A stretch of 64,000 nucleotides of DNA from a virus. Lineage: Duplodnaviria; Caudoviricetes. Each line of letters begins with the position of its first letter. Positions within the stretch are counted from its first letter, which is position 1. Position numbers and translations under genes: made by a program. The stretch is from the IMG/VR virus record IMGVR_UViG_3300042539_001740. One strand, written 5' to 3'. The notes below the pieces were generated by a model that saw only the letters and a list, made by a program, of their open reading frames with translations, was not told where the DNA came from and made no database searches. Of the stretch, positions 49,900-59,256 are shown in pieces.

Positions 49900-52800
49900 T
49901 GAGTTTTCCATATAAAAATCCAATAAGTCCTAATCAATTATTGGGACAACAAAGTTTAGAAAGAACAAAAACATTTGGGACTAGTTACTCAACTTTGTCC
50001 ACTGGTGGTTATATGGAAGTATATTCTTTAGACCAACTATATTACACAATCCCGCCATCCACATTCGGACCAATTGAGTTTAGTGGAAATAGTATTCCAA
50101 TCACATTTTCAAAAGGTAGTGGTACAACATTTTCCTATGATACATTAACTTTACAACCTGACAATATTTCTTCGGGTAGAAGAAAACAAGGTATGTTGGT
50201 TTATGTAAAAGAAGTTGACCAAGTTTATCAATATTCAATTAATAACTACGAAACCCTTTGGAACAATGCAACTGGTTCTACTGGTACAACAATAATATCA
50301 GACTTTGGTACGACCATAAGGGCTAACTCACCTGAAAATATAACTTTCATTAATAGTTGGACAGCAAATACTATTGATGGGGTTGGTGGTGTAACACGAG
50401 CTAATGCTGTATGGAAAAAATATCACGGAACTAATTTAGCTATAACTGGTGGTTCTTATAATTCTATCACGAACACATTGACATTAACAAACATAACTGG
50501 GGGCACTCAAAATATCACTGGTTTTGGAGGTGGAGGTGGTGGGGGTGCTACAATCACTGGTGGTACTTTTGACAAGAACACTGAGACATTAACTTTAAGT
50601 TCTTCAGGTGGTAGTATATTCATTACAGGTTTTACTGATGTTTATACAACTGGTGGTACTTTTGATAATGGTGCAAAATCTTTAGAGTTATATGATAATA
50701 GTGGAAATACTATTACTATAACTGGATTTACATCTGTAACAGGTTTAACAGGTGCTGGAGCTTATGGAAGTTTTTCAGATACAACTAACCAACCAGTTAG
50801 TGGTGCTAATATAGAAACAGTTTGGACATATAACACAACCGAGATTTCCAATGGTATATATATATCAGGTGGTTCAAAAATTAGGGTATCACAATATGGA
50901 ATTTATAGTATAGGATATTCGGGTCAAATTGAAAAAACACAAGGTGGTACTGCAACCGATGTTACAATATGGGCAAAAATAAATGGAAATAATGTGGACA
51001 GAAGTTCATCAACAACTACATTAGTTTCTAACTCCGCATATATACTCCCATTTGTTTCGTACATATTTGAACTATATCCTAATGACTATTTGGAATTTTA
51101 TTTTTCAGCTCCAAGTCAATATGTACAACTAACAACATTATCAGGATTAACTTCACCAACAAGACCAGATTCTCCTTCAGTAATTATTGTTGCACAATCT
51201 GTGTTAGGAACTACCGCAACATTTACTGGTAATACTTCAGCAACTTGTATTACTGACTTGTATGTTGAAAATCTATATGGTTGTTCACCAATTAATGTTA
51301 ATGATTTATTAATTGGAAATTCAGGAATAACAACATCAAGTTTAACAGGTACAACTATTAGAAATAACTTTATTGTTGATAGTGGGAACACAATCACGAT
51401 AAAAAACTCAAATAGACAATTGATGGATACTTCAGGTGTCGTGTCTGTTGATTGGTCAAATAGAACTATTAACGATAGTGGAAACAACATATCAATAGAT
51501 TGGGAAAATAGAAAAGCAAAAGATACTTTAGGTAATAATTCTATCGATTGGGAGAGTAAAGGTTTAATCGATTCTACAAATACAAACTCAGTCGGCTGGG
51601 ATTCAAGAAGAGCATATGATAGTTTGGGTGGAACTAGTTTAGATTGGGAATCTAAGGATTTATATGATTCATCTTCAGTAATTTCGTTAAACTATAACTC
51701 AAGAACTTTAACTGACTCAGGGTCAAATATACTTTTGGATTGGCAAAATGGTATTGCTGATTTAAGTAGTTTATATTCAACAAATATTTCTGCAAATACA
51801 ATATCAGCAACAACTTATCAGAATCTACCAACAGAAGTTTTTGTAACTGGTGCAACTTATTCTAATAATACAATTACTTTCACCAATAATACTGGAGGTA
51901 CTTTCAATGTTTTATTTAACACCTTTACTGGTGCTACGATTAATGGTAATTTAAGTGTAACTGGTTCAACTTCTTCATCTTCATTTAGTGGAAGTAGTGA
52001 TACAATAACTGGCAGTAAAGGTAGTGTAATCACAAGTGGTAGTTCTACAACCGCGTTTATTAATGTTTCAGGTAGTAATACAGTTGGGGGTACTGGATAT
52101 ACTGACTTCATAAGAGTTACAAATACCGCAGCAGGAGCTACAAATATAAACAAAACAATTCGTGTTAACAATAATGGTCGTTTAGAGTTTTTGAATAGTG
52201 CATATACCTTCCAAACATTAAACTTGTCAGATAATGGAATTCTTAGTGTTGGTGGGGATAATTTTGCAGGGACATCATCAAGTGATGGCGTATCAAATTA
52301 CTTACAATTTGGTAATAATGCCTCCCAAATCTATGATGATGGTAATTTTCACATTCATAGTAGGTCTGCTGGGCAATCAATGTGGATTAACACTAATGGT
52401 GGACAATTAAATCTATTAACTCAAGCACCACTTGCTGGTGCCAGTATAGGTTCAGGTATTGCTATTGCAACTACATCATTGAATGGTTATGTAACTATCA
52501 ACACTGGTAGAACTGTTACTACGGCCGCAGCTTATGGATTTTTGACCACGGGTGGTGCTGGTACTTACCCAGGTGGTTCTCAGTCAGTATCCATTTCATT
52601 ATATGCAAACAATCGTATTTGGGGTCAAGAAATAGATGCGTTCTCAGATGAGAGAATGAAGGACATACAAGGTGAAATAACTTTAGAAGAAGGAGTTAAA
52701 TTGGTGAATAATTTAATACCAATTAAATACACTTGGAAAGAAGGTGATGATAAAGATATAAAAGCTGGTTACTCGGCACAACAAGTGTCAAAGGCGGGAT

Positions 52801-52997
52801 TTGACCACCTAATCAGTTTAATACCAAAAGAAGGTTTAGAAGAAACAATAGATGAGGATGGATTTTTAAGTCCAAAAGATACACAATTTTCGATGAATTA
52901 TGACCAAGTAACACCATATCACGGAATTGTTATTAAACATTTATTGGAAGAAATTGAAAACCTTAAAAAAGAGATTGAGAGTTTAAAGAATAAATAA
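49899..52997 (+). CDS. Long tail fibre/spike with a C-terminal peptidase S74 intramolecular chaperone
   Basis: FSDERMKDI...IPIKYTWK...GYSAQQV...MNYDQV followed by a coiled coil. Confidence 0.85.
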   Translation: MSFPYKNPISPNQLLGQQSLERTKTFGTSYSTLSTGGYMEVYSLDQLYYTIPPSTFGPIEFSGNSIPITFSKGSGTTFSYDTLTLQPDNISSGRRKQGMLVYVKEVDQVYQYSINNYETLWNNATGSTGTTIISDFGTTIRANSPENITFINSWTANTIDGVGGVTRANAVWKKYHGTNLAITGGSYNSITNTLTLTNITGGTQNITGFGGGGGGGATITGGTFDKNTETLTLSSSGGSIFITGFTDVYTTGGTFDNGAKSLELYDNSGNTITITGFTSVTGLTGAGAYGSFSDTTNQPVSGANIETVWTYNTTEISNGIYISGGSKIRVSQYGIYSIGYSGQIEKTQGGTATDVTIWAKINGNNVDRSSSTTTLVSNSAYILPFVSYIFELYPNDYLEFYFSAPSQYVQLTTLSGLTSPTRPDSPSVIIVAQSVLGTTATFTGNTSATCITDLYVENLYGCSPINVNDLLIGNSGITTSSLTGTTIRNNFIVDSGNTITIKNSNRQLMDTSGVVSVDWSNRTINDSGNNISIDWENRKAKDTLGNNSIDWESKGLIDSTNTNSVGWDSRRAYDSLGGTSLDWESKDLYDSSSVISLNYNSRTLTDSGSNILLDWQNGIADLSSLYSTNISANTISATTYQNLPTEVFVTGATYSNNTITFTNNTGGTFNVLFNTFTGATINGNLSVTGSTSSSSFSGSSDTITGSKGSVITSGSSTTAFINVSGSNTVGGTGYTDFIRVTNTAAGATNINKTIRVNNNGRLEFLNSAYTFQTLNLSDNGILSVGGDNFAGTSSSDGVSNYLQFGNNASQIYDDGNFHIHSRSAGQSMWINTNGGQLNLLTQAPLAGASIGSGIAIATTSLNGYVTINTGRTVTTAAAYGFLTTGGAGTYPGGSQSVSISLYANNRIWGQEIDAFSDERMKDIQGEITLEEGVKLVNNLIPIKYTWKEGDDKDIKAGYSAQQVSKAGFDHLISLIPKEGLEETIDEDGFLSPKDTQFSMNYDQVTPYHGIVIKHLLEEIENLKKEIESLKNK
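51393..51752 (+). repeat. About 7.5 copies of a 16-aa repeat (xSxDWxxRxLxDSxGx)
   Basis: VSVDWSNRTINDSGNN / ISIDWENRKAKDTLGN / NSIDWESKGLIDSTNT / NSVGWDSRRAYDSLGG ... Confidence 0.85.
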
Positions 52998-53052
52998 TTT
53001 AATTAAATCTATTCTTTCCATCCAATTTTTATATTTTTTGTATAAAAATTCA

Positions 53053-54303
53053 ATGTCAACTATATTCGTACAAATAGCGGCCTTTAGAGACCCCCAACTT
53101 AATCCCACCTTACAAGATATGATTTTCAAAGCCAAGTATCCTGAGAACTTGAGGGTTGGTATTTGTAATCAATATAATGAAGAAGATAATTTCAATTTAG
53201 ATGAATACAGAAATGATGATAGATTTAGAATCATTGATGTGTTAGATAAGGAATCATTGGGTGTATGTTGGGCAAGACATAGTGTGCAACAATTATATTC
53301 AGGTGAAACATATACATTACAGATTGATTCTCATATGAGATTTGAACAAGATTGGGATGTTACCTTAATTGATATGATTAATAGTTTACAGTTAAGTGGT
53401 TACAGTAAACCATTGTTAACTGGTTATGTATCTTCATTTGACCCAGATAATGACCCTGAAGGTAGAGTGAATGAACCTTGGAGAATGACCTTTGATAGAT
53501 TTATACCTGAAGGTGCTGTATTCTTTTTACCTGAAGTTATACCAGGATGGCAAGAACTAACAAGTCCAATTCCCGCAAGATTTTATTCAGCTCATTTCTG
53601 TTTTACATTAGGTGAGTTTAGTAATGAAGTTCAACATGACCCTGAATACTATTTCCACGGAGAAGAAATTAGTGTTGGTGTTAGAGCATTCACTCACGGA
53701 TATGATTTATTCCATCCACATAGAGTTGTTATTTGGCACGAGTATACCAGAAAAGGTAGAACGAAACAATGGGATGTTGATAAGGTTTGGTTTAAGAAGA
53801 ATGAAAAATCACACGCAAGAAATAGAAGATTGTTTGGTATGGATGGTGAAATATTTAACCCTGAAGAGTTTGGTAAATACGGATTTGGTACTGAAAGAAC
53901 TTTAGAAGATTATGAGAAATACGCAGGTATTAAGTTTAATAAAAGAGGAGTACAAAAATATACAACAGATAAATACTATCCACCAAATCCATATAATTTT
54001 GAGACAGAGGAAGATTATTTAAATAGTTTTGCGAGCGTGTTCAAACATTGTATTGATGTTGGATTTACATCTGTACCTGAAAAAGATTATGATTTTTGGG
54101 TTGTAGCATTCCACGACTCAAAAGATGAAACGATGTTTAGACAAGATGCTGACATTAATGAAATAAACAGAGTAATGCAAGACCCTGATGGATATTGTAA
54201 GATATGGAGAGAGTTTAATACGATTCAAAAACCAGCATATTGGGTTGTATGGCCACATTCAAAATCAAAAGGGTGGTGTGATAGATTAACTGGTAATTTG
54301 TAA
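53053..54303 (+). CDS. GT60-like polypeptide/hydroxyproline N-acetylglucosaminyltransferase; start revised to 53053
   Basis: IFVQIAAFRDP, GVCWAR, LQIDSHMRF..DWD, YFHGEEI, RAFTHGYD. Confidence 0.75.
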   Translation: MSTIFVQIAAFRDPQLNPTLQDMIFKAKYPENLRVGICNQYNEEDNFNLDEYRNDDRFRIIDVLDKESLGVCWARHSVQQLYSGETYTLQIDSHMRFEQDWDVTLIDMINSLQLSGYSKPLLTGYVSSFDPDNDPEGRVNEPWRMTFDRFIPEGAVFFLPEVIPGWQELTSPIPARFYSAHFCFTLGEFSNEVQHDPEYYFHGEEISVGVRAFTHGYDLFHPHRVVIWHEYTRKGRTKQWDVDKVWFKKNEKSHARNRRLFGMDGEIFNPEEFGKYGFGTERTLEDYEKYAGIKFNKRGVQKYTTDKYYPPNPYNFETEEDYLNSFASVFKHCIDVGFTSVPEKDYDFWVVAFHDSKDETMFRQDADINEINRVMQDPDGYCKIWREFNTIQKPAYWVVWPHSKSKGWCDRLTGNL

Positions 54304-54304
54304 A

Positions 54305-54997
54305 ATGTTTGATATTCGTAAGGTAAAAAAAATAGTAATAAACTTAGAAAGGAGACCCGATAGATTAAAGTTATTCAAAGACGAAATGGATTTTATTGGT
54401 TGGGAGTATGATATTTTTAAGGCGATTGATTATGGTAGTTATTTAGGTTGTGCTTACTCTCACTTAAAAATATTAGAGGACTTCTTAGCTACTGATGAGA
54501 AATACATTATGATATTTGAGGACGATTGTTATTTTATGCCTTATGTAAAAGAACAATTGGAAAAATCACTATTTGAGTTGAGTGAAGTAGATTGGGATTA
54601 TTTTCATTTAGGACCTAGTATAAATTGTCCTGTTAATAATTTCTCCAACCATTTACTAAATCTTAGTGAATTACCAAAACAAGAAGAACACCATAGGGGA
54701 ATCTATAATACTGTTTGTTATATTATTAATAGGAAGTTTGCTCAGATGGCTATAATATGGAATGAAAAAAATCAAAAAGCTATTGACCAATATTATTATG
54801 AAGACATTTTTAAAGAACTAAAGTGTTTCGCCCCATCTTTACCTTTAGTAACTCAAAGAGTGGGGTTCTCTGATATCAATAAAACCACCGATAACAATCA
54901 TTATTTAATAACTTACAACTGGAACTTGTATACTAAGAACAAATTAGATATACAATATTACGATATAAATTATTGTGAAAACCTGAAATACTCATAA
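54305..54997 (+). CDS. GT25 family glycosyltransferase
   Basis: VINLERRPDRL, GCAYSH, IFEDD. Confidence 0.85.
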   Translation: MFDIRKVKKIVINLERRPDRLKLFKDEMDFIGWEYDIFKAIDYGSYLGCAYSHLKILEDFLATDEKYIMIFEDDCYFMPYVKEQLEKSLFELSEVDWDYFHLGPSINCPVNNFSNHLLNLSELPKQEEHHRGIYNTVCYIINRKFAQMAIIWNEKNQKAIDQYYYEDIFKELKCFAPSLPLVTQRVGFSDINKTTDNNHYLITYNWNLYTKNKLDIQYYDINYCENLKYS

Positions 54998-54998
54998 T

Positions 54999-55877
54999 AT
55001 GAAAACATTATTCCTAACTTGTATATACAATAACTTATTTGGTACTGAGTTTGGTGGTAGACCTAGTAGAGAAGAACATTATAAATATAGCTTGTTATCA
55101 CTATTGAGAATGACAAGTGCCGATTTTATTTGTTATACAAATCCAAGTGATTTGTCAAATCTGGAACATTTTTTTCATAATCAAAATGGAATATCAAAAG
55201 ATAAATTAAAATTCATTCCTTTCAAACTAAAGGATACAAAACATCATCATATTTTTTCGAAGTACAAAGACATTGATACGATAAAGAATGGTGATAGATG
55301 TTTTGAAATTCAGTACAATAAGTTTTTTTGGTTTTTCAATGAAACGTTAAGTTACGACAACTATTATTGGATAGATGCAGGTCTAAGTCATTGTGGTATT
55401 ATTCCCGACAAGTATTTGGTGAACAATAACACTTATCAAAGATATTTTAATTCTTACTTTTTTGATGACACCTTTTTAGATAGGTTAATTGAAAAATCGA
55501 AGGACAAGATTTTAGTAATTGGTAAATCTAATACTGGCTCAAATTTTTGGTCGAATACTTTACCCAATGAATATTATATAGAATACGATAGTTCGTATCA
55601 TATAATTGGTGGTTTATTTGGTGGAACAAAAAAAGTTATGAAAAAATTTGTTGAGGAGTTTGAAAGGATTTTCTTGTGGGTTACTGAAAAAGAAAAAAAA
55701 CTATATTCTGAGGAACAAATTATGACCACAATCTTTATGAATAATAAAGAATGGTTTAATTTATTTTCATTCGATGTTTGGTGGCACGAAAACAATTTAA
55801 CACCTGATTGTCCATCAAATTATTTAACAATTAACAAAAGTTTTTATAAAAGTTTGGAGGATATAAAAGGTGAATAA
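54999..55877 (+). CDS. HtrL/YibB-like putative glycosyltransferase
   Basis: YYWIDAG, IIGGLFGG, SEEQIM; paralogous to the N-half of the next gene. Confidence 0.6.
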   Translation: MKTLFLTCIYNNLFGTEFGGRPSREEHYKYSLLSLLRMTSADFICYTNPSDLSNLEHFFHNQNGISKDKLKFIPFKLKDTKHHHIFSKYKDIDTIKNGDRCFEIQYNKFFWFFNETLSYDNYYWIDAGLSHCGIIPDKYLVNNNTYQRYFNSYFFDDTFLDRLIEKSKDKILVIGKSNTGSNFWSNTLPNEYYIEYDSSYHIIGGLFGGTKKVMKKFVEEFERIFLWVTEKEKKLYSEEQIMTTIFMNNKEWFNLFSFDVWWHENNLTPDCPSNYLTINKSFYKSLEDIKGE

Positions 55878-57543
55878 TTTAACATTAGTAACAGGATTAT
55901 GGGATATAGGTAGAGACCAATTAACTGAAGGTTGGTCAAGAACATACCAACACTATTTAGATAAGTTTGAAAGTTTACTCAAATTAGATGTAAACTTAAT
56001 AATATTTGGTGATACCGACTTACAAAGATTTGTAGAACAAAGAAGAGATTCACATAACACACAATTCATAATAAGACCAAAAGATTGGTTCATTAATAAT
56101 GAGTTCTATCCAAAGATACAAAAGATTAGGCAAGACCCAAGTTGGTACAATCAAGTTGGTTGGTTAAAAGATTCAACCCAAGCAAAACTTGAAATGTATA
56201 ATCCTTTGGTTATGTCCAAAATGTTCTTACTAAATGATGCAAGAATATTGGATAAGTTTAACTCAGATTATATGTTTTGGATTGATGCTGGTATTACAAA
56301 CACAATTCATCCTGGTTATTTTACCCACGATAAAGTATTAGACAAATTACCCAAATATGTAGATAGATTCCATTTCGTTTGTTTCCCTTATGAAACAAGT
56401 ACAGAGATTCACGGATTTGAAATAAATGCGATGAATAATTACACCAAAACAAAAACAAACAGAGTTGCAAGGGGTGGTTTCTTTGGTGGAAAAAAAGAAA
56501 GAATCAATGATATGAACTCATTGTATTATATGTTACTTAATGATTCATTATCAAAAGGATTTATGGGCACTGAAGAATCCATATTCACAATAATGACTTA
56601 TCTATATCCCCAACATATCAACTATTCAATGATAGAGGGTAATGGATTGATGGGTAAGTTTTTTGAGGATTTGAAGAACGACACATTGGAAGTATTAAAT
56701 GAAACACCTGAACCAATCAAATATCAAAGTAATGATATATCTAAGGTGGGTTTATATGTTATCACATTCAACTCACCAAAACAATTTGAGACCTTAATAA
56801 AATCAATGTTAGAATATGATAGGGATTTTATAACCAAACCAAGAAAGTTTTTGTTGGATAACTCAACAGATTTATCAACAACACCAAGATATAAAGAATT
56901 GTGTGAACAATATGGATTTGAACATATAAAGAAAGATAATATTGGCATAATGGGGGGTAGGATATTTGTTGCCGAACATTTTAATGATACCGATTTAGAT
57001 TTCTACTGGTTTTGGGAAGATGATATGTTTTTCTATCCAAAGAATGAAACTTGTAAAAATGGATTTAATAGATATGTAATCAACTTATATCAAAAAAGTT
57101 TAGAGATTATTCAAAAAGAAAAGTTCGATTTTCTTAAACTAAATTATACGGAGTTTTATGGTGACAATGGAACACAGTGGGCGTGGTACAATGTACCCCA
57201 AGATTTTAGACAAAAACATTGGCCAAACAATCCAAAACTTCCACAGATGGGATTAGACCCAAATGCACCTAAAACAAAGTTTGAATTCATCAGTACTCAT
57301 AAAGGTGTACCATATGTAGGTGGAGAAATCTACCTATCAAATTGGCCAATCGTTTTAAGTAAAGAAGGTAATTATAAATGTTATTTGGAAACAAAATGGG
57401 CTCACCCATTCGAACAGACCCTCATGTCGTATTGTTACCAAGAAACAATAAAAGGGAAAATTAAACCTGGTTTATTGTTGTTAACCCCCACCGAGCACAA
57501 TAGGTTCGACCATTACGATTCAAAATTGAGAAAAGAAAATTAA
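55870..57543 (+). CDS. HtrL/YibB-like domain fused to a GT-A domain
   Basis: LVTGLWDIGR, FWIDAG, GGFFGG, TEE; C-half LLDNS, FWEDD. Confidence 0.65.
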   Translation: MNNLTLVTGLWDIGRDQLTEGWSRTYQHYLDKFESLLKLDVNLIIFGDTDLQRFVEQRRDSHNTQFIIRPKDWFINNEFYPKIQKIRQDPSWYNQVGWLKDSTQAKLEMYNPLVMSKMFLLNDARILDKFNSDYMFWIDAGITNTIHPGYFTHDKVLDKLPKYVDRFHFVCFPYETSTEIHGFEINAMNNYTKTKTNRVARGGFFGGKKERINDMNSLYYMLLNDSLSKGFMGTEESIFTIMTYLYPQHINYSMIEGNGLMGKFFEDLKNDTLEVLNETPEPIKYQSNDISKVGLYVITFNSPKQFETLIKSMLEYDRDFITKPRKFLLDNSTDLSTTPRYKELCEQYGFEHIKKDNIGIMGGRIFVAEHFNDTDLDFYWFWEDDMFFYPKNETCKNGFNRYVINLYQKSLEIIQKEKFDFLKLNYTEFYGDNGTQWAWYNVPQDFRQKHWPNNPKLPQMGLDPNAPKTKFEFISTHKGVPYVGGEIYLSNWPIVLSKEGNYKCYLETKWAHPFEQTLMSYCYQETIKGKIKPGLLLLTPTEHNRFDHYDSKLRKEN

Positions 57544-57561
57544 AAAAAAATCAATAAAAGT

Positions 57562-57592
57562 TTTGGATATTTATAAAGAGATTGTATCTTTG
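57562..57592 (+). promoter_or_regulatory. Bacteroidota primary-sigma promoter
   Basis: TTTG-N19-TATCTTTG, with a TATTTAT motif inside the spacer. Confidence 0.7.
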
Positions 57593-57597
57593 TAAAA

Positions 57598-57804
57598 CAA
57601 TAAAGGGTTAGAATAATGGTCTTGGTTGATGACTTTCCTTAAAGTTAGGGTGTGTGGGCAACTCCTGATAGTCGAAAATGATAGACAGCTTGATTACATC
57701 GAAAGATGGTGACTATTGGCTCTCTGGTATATAGCCAAACCAGCGTGTCTCCAAAGTACGAAAATTGGAAACTTGAAAAGGGTGAGAATTATTCTCACCT
57801 TTTT
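57598..57804 (+). ncRNA. Candidate structured non-coding RNA, family not recognised
   Basis: Promoter-to-terminator unit with no credible ORF; about 40% GC by hand count; GNRA-capped stems and long-range complementarity. Confidence 0.5.
57776..57804. terminator. Bidirectional intrinsic terminator
   Basis: GGTGAGAA / TTCTCACC stem with A4 upstream and T5 downstream. Confidence 0.75.
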
Positions 57805-58381
57805 ATATTGTATATTTACCGCAATACTCATAATTTTTATCACGCATTTCAACCCCTTTAATTTGAGTTTTCAATGTTATCCTATATCTTTTACTTTCAA
57901 AGATATTCTTATGGACAACGAATGCGACTGTATATGGTACTATTTTCCCATTCTTGGTTATAGAATCTGTTTTGATAGTAAAACAAAGTTCTTTCTTGTT
58001 ATCCCAATTATTATTAACAATCGTATCATAAATTGAGGGTATTGATTTAAAAACTAAATCGACACCTTCGGTGGTAAAAGGATTGTATATATCAGGGTTA
58101 TTTTTGTTTTCTGGTTCGTCCTTTCTTCTATATCTACTACAATAATGGTCAGTTTGTTCAACAGTAAATCTACTTCTTTTATATTTGTAACTTTTTAATT
58201 CATCGTAATAACTCTCTATTATTTTTTTAGCATAATTAAATAGACCATCATTACATTTTAGTGTTGTTGACCCTTCATTTAATAAAATGAGATGATTTAA
58301 TTCATTTATGGAAATTTCTTTCACATAGATTTTTTTAGGGTAAAATTCCTCAAATAATATTTTTCTTATCAATTTTTCCAT
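57803..58381 (-). CDS. Hypothetical protein; start revised to MEKLIRKILFEE at 58381
   Basis: ORF; the upstream in-frame ATG falls inside the promoter-like inverted repeat. Confidence 0.65.
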   Translation of the reverse strand: MEKLIRKILFEEFYPKKIYVKEISINELNHLILLNEGSTTLKCNDGLFNYAKKIIESYYDELKSYKYKRSRFTVEQTDHYCSRYRRKDEPENKNNPDIYNPFTTEGVDLVFKSIPSIYDTIVNNNWDNKKELCFTIKTDSITKNGKIVPYTVAFVVHKNIFESKRYRITLKTQIKGVEMRDKNYEYCGKYTI

Positions 58382-58386
58382 ACAAA

Positions 58387-58415
58387 TATAAATACCATAC
58401 AAAAGAGTATTTATA
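58387..58415. promoter_or_regulatory. Second back-to-back TATTTAT pair at a divergence point
   Basis: TATAAATAC-N11-GTATTTATA. Confidence 0.5.
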
Positions 58416-58427
58416 TATAAAAACTAA

Positions 58428-59180
58428 ATGGAATTCTTTATTAAAAAGAACGCAACCCTACCCCTCCTTAAGCTTCAGGTGGTGAAGAATGGCAGATTGG
58501 ATTATGATAATTTTATGTCGTTAATCGAAGAATCGGCATTATTCTTTTCAATGATGGATGTGGAGACTGGTGTTCCAAAGATTACATCGAGACCTGCGGG
58601 ATTTGTTGAAAAAACAAATGTTGACCCTAATGCTGACCCTGAATATTATTTATACTATCAATTTCAAAATAGAGACACAAATAGAGTAGGAAGATTCGAG
58701 GGTCAATTTATGTTAAGAAGTTCTGATGGTGTATTAATTTTACCTATTAGAGAAAAGTTATATATTAATGTACAAGAATCTTATATTGCTGATGATTTGG
58801 AATATGATAGTTGTTATGTATCAGAGTTTCCTTGTTGTATAAATGGCCCTGCAACTGGACTAACAATTAATCTTAATTTAACAAGTATTGTAACATCAGG
58901 TTCAGTAAATGTTGATTATGTTATAACTTCATCACAACAATTAAACAATCAATTAGATTTAACTTTCACAAATACATTAGGTCAAATAACTGGTACAGGT
59001 ATTACAATTACATCAGCAATAACAATTAATTCAGGTACAACAATAGGATATGCTCAAGTTATAACTGGTGATGATTATACGGATTTAGATGGTACATCAG
59101 TATTCACTAATTTAGCTGTAACTTATCCTATTTCCTACACTTTCGACATAACCACTAATAGTATTTTTCCTGATTTGTAA
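58428..59180 (+). CDS. Putative virion protein with a BppU-N-like domain
   Basis: FFIKKNATLPLL...YYQFQNRDT...GRFEGQF pattern. Confidence 0.5.
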   Translation: MEFFIKKNATLPLLKLQVVKNGRLDYDNFMSLIEESALFFSMMDVETGVPKITSRPAGFVEKTNVDPNADPEYYLYYQFQNRDTNRVGRFEGQFMLRSSDGVLILPIREKLYINVQESYIADDLEYDSCYVSEFPCCINGPATGLTINLNLTSIVTSGSVNVDYVITSSQQLNNQLDLTFTNTLGQITGTGITITSAITINSGTTIGYAQVITGDDYTDLDGTSVFTNLAVTYPISYTFDITTNSIFPDL

Positions 59181-59227
59181 TTTGACTTAATTAGTTCTTC
59201 ATTTTATATTTATAAGGACAAGGTAAA

Positions 59228-59256
59228 TGTCATCCAGTATGACAGCTAATATACTG
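59228..59256 (+). promoter_or_regulatory. Putative H-type pseudoknot in the polB leader
   Basis: TGTC/GACA and CAGTAT/ATACTG interlocked stems ending 19 nt before the ATG. Confidence 0.4.

Noticed and set aside
57598-57775. Resemblance to group I intron P7 (GACTA/TAGTC), HDV-like ribozyme (GGGCAAC) or TPP riboswitch (CTGG..CCAGCGT)
   Set aside because: The P7 strands are in the wrong order, no HDV P1 partner is present, and the TPP CUGAGA core is missing
57716-58036. 106-aa plus-strand ORF
   Set aside because: It runs through a strong terminator and antisense into 57803-58381; the region is better explained as ncRNA plus terminator
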